A stretch of DNA of 64,000 nt, from the NCBI GenBank assembly GCA_003327435.1, contig QOQV01000001.1, positions 399,917 through 463,916 of the forward strand, read 5' to 3'. The DNA is from Ignavibacteriota bacterium (GTDB taxonomy: Bacteria; Bacteroidota; Ignavibacteria; UBA10030; BY39). Shown here piece after piece: positions 20,194 through 27,827 of this stretch. Below the pieces are notes generated by a model that had not been told where the DNA came from, ran no database searches, and worked only from the letters and a program-made list of their open reading frames with translations. Each line of letters begins with the position of its first letter. Position 1 is the first letter of the stretch. The translations under genes and the position numbers were made by a program.

Positions 20194-20812
20194 TATTAAT
20201 AATTTCTTTTTCTATAAATTTTCCTTCAACAAATAATTTTATTGCTTCAGGATAAATTCTGTGTTCTATCTCTTGAATTTTCTTTTGAAGAGATTCTGGT
20301 GTTTCATCTGGATCTAACTCTATACTATCCTGTAACACAATCGGACCGTGATCATACTCCTCATCGACAAGGTGAACTGTTGCTCCAGATATCTTTTCCC
20401 CACATTCAATCACTGCTCTATGTACATTCAAACCATACATACCCTTACCACCAAATTTTGGTAAAAGTGCAGGATGAATATTTAAAATTCTATCTTTATA
20501 TTTCCTAACAATTCTTGGACTTAACAGCTTCAAATAGCCAGCAAGCACAATAAAGTTAACAGAATGCCTAATCAAAACTTCAATTATTGCTGCATCAAAA
20601 TCATCAGAATTTGAATAATTTGATTGGCTTATATAATAAGCTGGAATGTTGTTATATTTTGCAATTTCAAGTGCACCGGCATCCTTCTTATTACTTATTA
20701 CACAAACAACTGCAGTGTTTATAAGTCTGCGTTCTTTAATTGCATCAAGGATTGCTTTCAGGTTACTTCCTTTCCCTGAAGCAAACACTGCTATTTTCAA
20801 CTCTTCAGCCAT
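20183..20812 (-). CDS. purN: Phosphoribosylglycinamide formyltransferase
   Basis: 209 aa. FASGKGSNLKAI and the formyltransferase core with HPALLP. Confidence 0.9.
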   Translation of the reverse strand: MAEELKIAVFASGKGSNLKAILDAIKERRLINTAVVCVISNKKDAGALEIAKYNNIPAYYISQSNYSNSDDFDAAIIEVLIRHSVNFIVLAGYLKLLSPRIVRKYKDRILNIHPALLPKFGGKGMYGLNVHRAVIECGEKISGATVHLVDEEYDHGPIVLQDSIELDPDETPESLQKKIQEIEHRIYPEAIKLFVEGKFIEKEIINNEY

Positions 20813-20878
20813 TCTTCATTATTTTGTTATTTTATTATCTTATTAAATTTAATGATATTTTAAAGAATAATCAAAATT

Positions 20879-21817
20879 TTATGATACAACAGCCGGTTCA
20901 AGAAATCTTAAAAAATTTTCAGAAATTTCGACTTTAATTCCATACGGGATAGGTAGTGAAGTTCTGATATGTCCAAATTCAAAATTTTTAACTAATGGTA
21001 TATCACCCAATATATCCTTAAATATTTCATCTAATTTCAAGCTTGGAACATTTTTCTTTTCTATGCAACTTGAAAAATCTCCTAATACAATACATTTGAT
21101 TCTCTTTAAGTTTCCAGATAGTTTTAATTGAGTGAGCATTCTATCAATTCTATATGGTCGTTCATCAATATCTTCCAGAATTAAAATTTTACCTTTTAAT
21201 TCTGGAAAATACTGTGTTCCTATTAGTGATGTTATAATCGATAAATTTCCGCCTATAATTCTACCATAAATTTTTTTATTAAAAGAAAGATGTATGCTTT
21301 TTGTAGAATAAGAAAGAATATTTTCGATCGGAGAATTTGAAGTTAACAATCTCCAGAAAAGTTCTTCAACATTAGGAGCAATTTTTTTAGAAAAATCCGG
21401 TTCAAGCATAGGTCCAGAGAAGGTTAACATTCTACATTTTTTATACAATGCCAGATGAATAGCAGTAATATCGCTATATCCAACAAATATCTTGGGATTT
21501 CTTTTTATTAAATTATAATTTATGTAAGGTAGTATTCTACTCGAACCATAACCACCTCTCAAAACAAAAATTGCTTTTATATTTTTATTGGAAAAAAAAT
21601 CATTTAATTCATTTGCTCTATCAACATCCTTTCCAGCAAGATAACCATAGCGATCAGAAACATGTTTACCCAATACAATACGATAACCTAATTTTTCAAG
21701 ATATTCAATACCACGATTTAAACTTTGTTCGTCTGATGGGGGACTGGCAGGTGCAATAATACCAATTACGTCTCCCCTTTTTAATAATTTAGGCTTCAAT
21801 ATTTCCATTTTCACCAA
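20879..21817 (-). CDS. ldcA: LD-carboxypeptidase (peptidase S66, LdcA/MccF-like)
   Basis: 312 aa. S66 nucleophile context VGYSDITAIHLALY. Confidence 0.8.
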   Translation of the reverse strand: MVKMEILKPKLLKRGDVIGIIAPASPPSDEQSLNRGIEYLEKLGYRIVLGKHVSDRYGYLAGKDVDRANELNDFFSNKNIKAIFVLRGGYGSSRILPYINYNLIKRNPKIFVGYSDITAIHLALYKKCRMLTFSGPMLEPDFSKKIAPNVEELFWRLLTSNSPIENILSYSTKSIHLSFNKKIYGRIIGGNLSIITSLIGTQYFPELKGKILILEDIDERPYRIDRMLTQLKLSGNLKRIKCIVLGDFSSCIEKKNVPSLKLDEIFKDILGDIPLVKNFEFGHIRTSLPIPYGIKVEISENFLRFLEPAVVS

Positions 21818-21914
21818 AATTTTTATTAAACATAAAGAATTTTGATGGGAAAAACAACATTGCGGATTAAATAATATTTTATTAGATTAAACGAAAAAAC
21901 TCTAAGGAGGAAAT

Positions 21915-22799
21915 ATGTTATTTGTTTTTTTTGCCCTTGTTGCTATTATAACATTTATCACCTGGAAAATAGCCAGAAAAAGAGCAGTATTAAGCAGTAC
22001 ACAGAGAAATGCTGCTAATATCTCGATTGTTTTATTTGTGATCTCTCTGATTATAATGATCAGCTCATGTTTCACCGTCATACCAGCAGGTCATGTAGGT
22101 GTTGTGGACTTTTTTGGTTATGTTTCAGAAGGTACATTAAAGGCGGGTGTTAATTTCGTCAATCCTTTAGCCCGTGTAATAAAAATGTCCATTAAAACTC
22201 AAGAGATAAAAGAAAGTATGGATGTACCCTCTAAGGAAGGTTTGACTGTTGGTTTAGAGGCAAGTGTTCTGTTCCATCTCAATCCAGAAAAGGCATCCCA
22301 TGTTTACAAAACTGTTGGTGAAAACTATGTCAGTATAATACTGGAACCGCAATTCAGGTCTGTTACGCGTGGTGTTACAGCAAGTTATGAGGCGAGGGCA
22401 CTTTATACCTCTGAACGCGAAATACTATCTCAACAAATATCTCATTCACTTCAAAATTTAGTTGAACACAGAGGGATTGTAATAGAGTCAGCACCATTAA
22501 GAAGAATTGTTTTACCACCAGGATTAACAGCTGCAATTGAAGAAAAACTTAGAGCCGAGCAGGAAAGTCAAAGGATGGAATGGGTTTTACAAAAAGAAAA
22601 GCAAGAAGCCGAAAGAAAAAGCATTGAAGCAAAAGGAATAGCTGATTTTCAAAGAATTGTTACACAAGGAATAAGCGAACCACTTTTAAGGTGGAAAGGA
22701 ATTGAAGCTACATTAAAAATAGCGGAATCTCAGAATGCAAAAGTTGTAATTATTGGCGCTGGTAAAGACGGCTTACCAATAATACTGGATACGAAATAA
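21915..22799 (+). CDS. SPFH/band-7 (prohibitin-like) membrane protein
   Basis: 294 aa. N-terminal TM, SPFH core, C-terminal coiled coil (EEKLRAEQESQRMEW...). AGGAGG RBS precedes it. Confidence 0.8.
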   Translation: MLFVFFALVAIITFITWKIARKRAVLSSTQRNAANISIVLFVISLIIMISSCFTVIPAGHVGVVDFFGYVSEGTLKAGVNFVNPLARVIKMSIKTQEIKESMDVPSKEGLTVGLEASVLFHLNPEKASHVYKTVGENYVSIILEPQFRSVTRGVTASYEARALYTSEREILSQQISHSLQNLVEHRGIVIESAPLRRIVLPPGLTAAIEEKLRAEQESQRMEWVLQKEKQEAERKSIEAKGIADFQRIVTQGISEPLLRWKGIEATLKIAESQNAKVVIIGAGKDGLPIILDTK

Positions 22800-23175
22800 T
22801 TATAAGCCTGTATCAGCTATATAATCGTTGATATCGTACCTCTTATTTTCATCTTTAAAAATAGGAGGTAATGATTTCTTTTTCACGCTGATAATTATTG
22901 GAATTGCAATCAAAGCTGCGATAATTGTTGTAATTGTGAACGTTTTCATAAATTTTTTCATATTAATGTAAACATATTATCATATCTGAATTAAGAAGTT
23001 CAATATATACCGGAACAAAGCAATTTTGAACATATAATTGGTGTTTTAAAATTCGTTGCCACTGCCTCTTTCTTTTAGAAGGCACTGGTGAAAAGTAGTA
23101 TTTTATTCTATTATTCATATTATCAACTCCTGCCCTAATAAAATAAAATTCCTCCACATACGATATGACTGCTGT

Positions 23176-23217
23176 CACATATATAAAATAAAAATAGCCG
23201 ATTGAAAAATCGGCTAT
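23176..23217 (-). terminator. Rho-independent terminator downstream of DUF4920-like gene
   Basis: Hairpin atagccgatt(23194-23203)/aatcggctat(23208-23217) with a T-rich tract on the minus strand (ttttattttatatat). Lies 26 nt past the stop at 23243. Confidence 0.55.
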
Positions 23218-23242
23218 TATAAACATTAGTTAAATTAAATTA

Positions 23243-23764
23243 TTAATGTTCGTGTGATGACCCGCTTTGTATTTTTTGAAGTTGGTCTGGTGTAAACTCG
23301 CTACCACCTTCCATCTCAACACCACTTGCAGTAAATATTAAGATTTTTTGTTTTCCCCTTATTTTCTCAATTTCCGTTTTAGGTTCACCAGCTTCTTCCA
23401 GCCAATGTTTCAAAGTTTCTTCTTTAACTTCCCTTCGTTCTATTTTTCCCTGAATTCTTACTTTCTTTCCCTTTGAATCATAGGGTACGAAAAATTTATA
23501 ATCCTTAAATTCAACCCTCAATTTATCCTTTCCATCTTTTATTTCCATCCAACAACCTTTTGTTTGACATACCGCACCAACATAACCCTCTATTACAACT
23601 TCTCTATTTTTATATTTGCCTGGATTTTTTATTAGATCTCGCATTGGGGTAACTTTTTTGTACTTTATAGATTCACCATATACGACAATATTTTTATCAT
23701 CACTATGAACTGCATCTATAAAAAATAGCGATATCAAACAAATTATAAGAATTTTTTTTATCAT
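23243..23764 (-). CDS. Secreted/lipoprotein-like hypothetical protein (DUF4920-like, CxxKGCW motif)
   Basis: 173 aa. Signal peptide; Cys pair CQTKGCWMEI; C-terminal acidic/His tail. Family assignment is from memory and tentative. Confidence 0.5.
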   Translation of the reverse strand: MIKKILIICLISLFFIDAVHSDDKNIVVYGESIKYKKVTPMRDLIKNPGKYKNREVVIEGYVGAVCQTKGCWMEIKDGKDKLRVEFKDYKFFVPYDSKGKKVRIQGKIERREVKEETLKHWLEEAGEPKTEIEKIRGKQKILIFTASGVEMEGGSEFTPDQLQKIQSGSSHEH

Positions 23765-23869
23765 ATCTCACCTTTTGTTGATTTATTTTTTATTATAATT
23801 ATTTTCAAAAACATTTTTTAAAAAATATATTCATTCAATTAGAAATATAAGAATAAGATTTTAGATTTC

Positions 23870-23922
23870 AAATATTAAAATAAAAAGTCCAGCAATTGTA
23901 ATTGTATATCATTGCTGGACTT
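23870..23922 (-). terminator. Rho-independent terminator following tRNA-Asp
   Basis: Stem aagtccagcaat(23885-23896)/attgctggactt(23911-23922) with 14-nt loop, then on the minus strand tttttattttaat. Starts 3 nt after the tRNA 3' end. Confidence 0.6.
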
Positions 23923-23924
23923 AG

Positions 23925-23998
23925 CGGGGCCGACGAGACTCGAACTCGCAACTTCCGCCGTGACAGGGCGGCGCTCTAACCAGTTGAACTACGACCCC
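23925..23998 (-). tRNA. tRNA-Asp (anticodon GTC)
   Basis: The reverse complement folds as a cloverleaf: acceptor GGGGTCG/CGGCCCC, D-arm GTTC/GAGC, anticodon arm CCGCC-CTGTCAC-GGCGG (GTC), T-arm GCGAG-TTCGAGT-CTCGT, discriminator G. The 3' CCA is not encoded. Confidence 0.92.
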
Positions 23999-23999
23999 A

Positions 24000-24027
24000 A
24001 AAACCAGCAATAATATACAAATTATTG
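24000..24027 (-). terminator. Weak hairpin after epsilon-Hao-like gene (possible attenuating terminator)
   Basis: gcaataat(24006-13)/attattgc(24020-27) with 6-nt loop. The minus-strand downstream tract tggtttt is short and runs into the tRNA 5' end. Confidence 0.3.
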
Positions 24028-24043
24028 CATAAACTTCCAAAAA

Positions 24044-25300
24044 TTATTTCTTGTGAGCCCTATGCTTCTCGCGTAACTCTTTAGCTATCGTTTTAATTTC
24101 TGTTAAATCTCTTTGCATCTCACTCCAGCCATACCACAAGGCATAATCAGGATTTGCGTGAAAGGTCCCCTGAAAAGTTCTCATCCTGTGTTCAAGAAAC
24201 ATCACAAACAATTTTTGTTCAATAACTGTCGGAGCATCATGAAAAGTAAGGAGATCTGGAAAATTGTATGCGTAGGATTTAGGTTTCTGTAAAATTCCAT
24301 CCTTATACAGATCAGCTACAATTCGTATTGCTTCTGCCATCAGGCGATCCGCTTCCTTGATAATATTATCACCTTTTTCAAGTTCTGCTTTTGCGAAATT
24401 TACAGAATGACACTGATTACAAGTTTTTATCATTTTATCTCTTTCTTTTTGCCAATCTTCCTGTGTTAAACGAGCGAGGTCAGCAGCCTTAACAACATCC
24501 AAGCGTGCAGTTGGTTTACCTTCAGGATCGAGTACACCAAGTGCCTGTAAAATGGTAGTTCTATCCTGAGCCCATTGCTTATCTTCAGGCATCGGCAATC
24601 GGACTGCGAGGAATCCCCAACCTGCTCGAACTTCATGATTGCCATTTTGCATATGGCAGGTTTGACAGGTGGGTGCAGCAGTATTCTCCGGGAGAATTTT
24701 ATTCTGTTTTAATAAAAATCGGACTCCGTGTTTTGATGCTGAATACATTTCCCACTGTGGATGATCAAATCCCATATGACAGGTTTGACACGCCTGAGGT
24801 TGACGAGCTTCCTGAACTGAGAAAGTATGTCGGGTATGGCAAGCATCGCAGGAGGCGACACCAAAACCAGTACCACTTTTCTTTAAATCTTTTATTTCAT
24901 CTTCTGTTTTCAAACCAATCTTATGACATCCACCGCAACCCTTCATACCTTCCATCATTGCAGATGGTTGATGATGTGCTGTTGGCATTGCTTTCATTGC
25001 TGCCCAACCAAATGCATGTTTACCTTTTTTAAATTGAGTCACCTGCTCTTCATGACATTGTGCACAGGTTTCAGGTGTAGGGATTTGAACATTCGCTATG
25101 TCCTTTTCTGTCTTATGTTGTGAACCGTGACAATCATAACATTCGATTCCGCTCGCACTATGCTTGCTAATTTGCCAATCAGATACTATATTCGGCGTTT
25201 TTAATTTGTGACATGTTACACAATCCTGCGATCTAACAGTTACAAAAAGGAATAATATCATCACTAAAAATGCAAAGACAAGCTTGTTTCCTTGTTTCAT
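24044..25300 (-). CDS. Octaheme c-type cytochrome, hydroxylamine-oxidoreductase (HAO) family, epsilon-Hao-like
   Basis: 418 aa. Signal peptide. Eight CxxCH motifs: CVTCH, CYDCH, CAQCH, CGGCH, CDACH, CQTCH, CQTCH, CNQCH. Short C-terminus typical of HAO-like reductive enzymes. Confidence 0.7.
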   Translation of the reverse strand: MKQGNKLVFAFLVMILFLFVTVRSQDCVTCHKLKTPNIVSDWQISKHSASGIECYDCHGSQHKTEKDIANVQIPTPETCAQCHEEQVTQFKKGKHAFGWAAMKAMPTAHHQPSAMMEGMKGCGGCHKIGLKTEDEIKDLKKSGTGFGVASCDACHTRHTFSVQEARQPQACQTCHMGFDHPQWEMYSASKHGVRFLLKQNKILPENTAAPTCQTCHMQNGNHEVRAGWGFLAVRLPMPEDKQWAQDRTTILQALGVLDPEGKPTARLDVVKAADLARLTQEDWQKERDKMIKTCNQCHSVNFAKAELEKGDNIIKEADRLMAEAIRIVADLYKDGILQKPKSYAYNFPDLLTFHDAPTVIEQKLFVMFLEHRMRTFQGTFHANPDYALWYGWSEMQRDLTEIKTIAKELREKHRAHKK

Positions 25301-25326
25301 TGTTTTACCCTTTCTTTTATTAATGA

Positions 25327-25848
25327 TTAGATATTTAATTTATTTTTGACATCTATTTTTTGTTCACCAATATTTTCATTTTCAAATTTAACATATTGCT
25401 TGTATAATTCTTCTTGTTCTTCATCCATTATTACTCTATCTGCCATTACAAACAGAATATTATTTTCTTTGTCAATATGTTGATTTAATAAATCGATGTA
25501 TTGAAGTGCATTTTCTTTAAATTTATTTATTGAGCTATCTCCTTCTTCTCTCAATGCTTCAGCCATATTTCGTACAAAACTTCTACCAAGCGTATGTTCT
25601 GACAACATTACAGCAATTGGCCCTGACTCCTTGCTAAAACCTTTACTAACCATTGCCTCAAATAAATATTGTTCTTCTTTACCATGGTGACATTTATCTG
25701 CAAATATTTTAAAGAACTCTACCAAATCCAATAACAAATCTCGATTTATATTTTGCTTATCAATTTGGTTCACCGCGTTAGATAAAATATTTAGAGCCTT
25801 TCTTATCACTTCATGCTCCTGAATTAAATCTTTTGTTGCTAAACCCAT
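25327..25848 (-). CDS. Hemerythrin-like (HHE cation-binding) domain protein
   Basis: 173 aa. Paired His/Glu motifs (IQEHEVIRKAL, CHHGKEEQYLFEAM, LSEHTLGRSF, NQHIDKENN) typical of hemerythrin-like di-iron/NO-stress proteins. Confidence 0.7.
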   Translation of the reverse strand: MGLATKDLIQEHEVIRKALNILSNAVNQIDKQNINRDLLLDLVEFFKIFADKCHHGKEEQYLFEAMVSKGFSKESGPIAVMLSEHTLGRSFVRNMAEALREEGDSSINKFKENALQYIDLLNQHIDKENNILFVMADRVIMDEEQEELYKQYVKFENENIGEQKIDVKNKLNI

Positions 25849-25889
25849 AATATATCTCCTATTTAATTTTTATATAATTAAAAATCAAT

Positions 25890-27119
25890 TTAATCATTTG
25901 GACCATATTTTGGTACTTTACCACCATTATGTTGATATAATGGTTTATCCAATTCTTTAAATCTTTTTAAATATTCTTCTTTTGAAATATTATTTCTCCA
26001 GTGCCCTGTCAACATTGCAAGCCCTGTAACACCAACAAACACACCAATTATCAATATCCCGAACACCCAATTTGGCACAACTTTGTTGACAAATCGGGTT
26101 TTTACTTCAAGTGTATTTTTTACAGGACATATTTGAACACATTCTAAACACCCGGTACATTCATCGCTAACAACTACTTTTTTATTATGAACTTTTATGC
26201 TATTTGGACATACTTTCGTACAGAGTTCACAATCAATACACGTTTCTGAATTGCGTGAAATTTTCAATGGGCTAAAAAGGCTTAATAAACCAAGAAAAGC
26301 CCCGTATGGACATAAATATCTGCACCAAAAATTCTTTACAAACACAGATAATATGATCAAAACAAAAATAGTCCAAAAAGCAAAGGAAGAAATTTTTGCA
26401 AAGAAATAAAACATCTTTACATCAGCCATTTTGTTATATGGACTATAAATAAAACTTCTCAATGCATCCGTGTCCATCGTCCAGAATATTGCATATAAAA
26501 AGAAAGCAAGTAATAGATATTTCAAAGATCTTAATGGGTAATCTAAAAATCTTGGTAAAATAAAATTGCGACCGAACATTTTTTTACCGAAGTTCCATAA
26601 TGATTCACTAATTAATCCGATTGGACACAACCAGCTGCAGAAACTCTTTTTCAATAAAAAACCAATCATTAGAATAGCAATCAGAATAAATAAGCCAGAA
26701 GGATGAATATCATTAATTATTCCAGTTTTTAACCAGTATTTTAAACTTATCAAGGCACTTATTGGTAAGAAACCCTCCACGCCTGGAGGTCTTTCTATAA
26801 ATAAAGATTTCCCACCAGTTTCTCCCCATTTAACAAATAGGTAAAATTCAATACCAATCCATATCACCAATAAAGCAAAAGAAAACTGGACCAATGTTCG
26901 GAAATATTGTGTATCAAGTTTTAATCGTAGAATGAATTTTTTAATTCTATTTCTTTCTTTTCTATAACCAAGTGAATCTTTTTTTAATTCAGGGGGAATC
27001 TTTTTAATTTGAACTGACTCTTTGAAAAACTTTTCCCTGGCTACTTCCTTATAAGTATTACTTTTGAGAATTTTATCAGTTTGATTATTATTTTTAAGAT
27101 TTTCTTCTTTGAATGTCAT
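25890..27119 (-). CDS. NapH/MauN/NosR-type membrane polyferredoxin (putative quinol dehydrogenase component)
   Basis: 409 aa. Polytopic, with two CX3CP motifs (FCSWLCPIGL, WCRYLCPYGA) and two 4Fe-4S ferredoxin motifs (CIDCELCTKVCP, CTGCLECVQICP). Confidence 0.75.
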   Translation of the reverse strand: MTFKEENLKNNNQTDKILKSNTYKEVAREKFFKESVQIKKIPPELKKDSLGYRKERNRIKKFILRLKLDTQYFRTLVQFSFALLVIWIGIEFYLFVKWGETGGKSLFIERPPGVEGFLPISALISLKYWLKTGIINDIHPSGLFILIAILMIGFLLKKSFCSWLCPIGLISESLWNFGKKMFGRNFILPRFLDYPLRSLKYLLLAFFLYAIFWTMDTDALRSFIYSPYNKMADVKMFYFFAKISSFAFWTIFVLIILSVFVKNFWCRYLCPYGAFLGLLSLFSPLKISRNSETCIDCELCTKVCPNSIKVHNKKVVVSDECTGCLECVQICPVKNTLEVKTRFVNKVVPNWVFGILIIGVFVGVTGLAMLTGHWRNNISKEEYLKRFKELDKPLYQHNGGKVPKYGPND

Positions 27120-27210
27120 ATAATTTAGATTATTTTGTTTCTACTTATTATTAATGGACCAAATCTATGCCAAATCAGACTATTTTATCTTATTATTTTA
27201 TATAAAAAAA

Positions 27211-27636
27211 TCAATATCCGGGCTTTTTTATTTCGTGTGCAAGTTCAAATAATTTCTTACTTTTTATTAATTTAACAAAATCATCTCTTATACTTTTCCA
27301 TTTGTTATGTATTGGGCAGGGACTATCAGCCGAGCAGTCAGGAAAACCCATTACACATTTTGTTCGATAACCATCTCCATCAATTGCCTCAACTACTTCG
27401 AAAATCGAAATCTTATTTACATCTTTAGTTAACTTAAATCCACCTGAAAATCCTTTTTGTGAGATGACAATACCTTTCTGTACCAATTTCTGGAATATTT
27501 TTCCCAAGAAGTGTTGAGGAATATTTATTTGTTGAGCAACATCTTTTATAGAAATCCATGTGTTACGCTCCTGCTTAGCTAAAAATATAAGTGCTTGAAT
27601 TGCGTATTCACATTCTCTACTAAAAATTACACTCAT
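27211..27636 (-). CDS. Rrf2-family transcriptional regulator (NsrR/IscR-like, three-Cys cluster-binding type)
   Basis: 141 aa. Rrf2 HTH N-terminus MSVIFSRECEYAIQALIFLA; Cys triad CVMGFPDCSADSPC. Confidence 0.85.
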   Translation of the reverse strand: MSVIFSRECEYAIQALIFLAKQERNTWISIKDVAQQINIPQHFLGKIFQKLVQKGIVISQKGFSGGFKLTKDVNKISIFEVVEAIDGDGYRTKCVMGFPDCSADSPCPIHNKWKSIRDDFVKLIKSKKLFELAHEIKKPGY

Positions 27637-27827
27637 TTTTTGCCTGTCCTACTTTTTATTAAATAATTTAGTTCCTTAACAAAATTTTCAAAATGGCGCA
27701 TGCACTCATCTTCAGATCTCAATTCTAACATCATAGCTCTATTCTCTTCTATGTATTTTTTTATGTCCTTATCGTCTGGTACACTAATCTTCCTAATGTA
27801 TGCATCAAATGATTCAATTACCGACAT
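27633..27827 (-). CDS. Small hypothetical protein (64 aa) translationally coupled between the ONR gene and the Rrf2 regulator gene
   Basis: ORF overlaps both neighbours (14 nt and 4 nt) on the same strand. Charged, helical-looking sequence with no known motif. Confidence 0.4.
   Translation of the reverse strand: MSVIESFDAYIRKISVPDDKDIKKYIEENRAMMLELRSEDECMRHFENFVKELNYLIKSRTGKK

Noticed and set aside
22963-23226. 87-aa ORF on the minus strand
   Set aside because: It overlaps the hairpin and T-tract terminator of the upstream DUF4920-like gene, has a low-complexity aromatic-rich sequence and has no RBS. Most likely non-coding.
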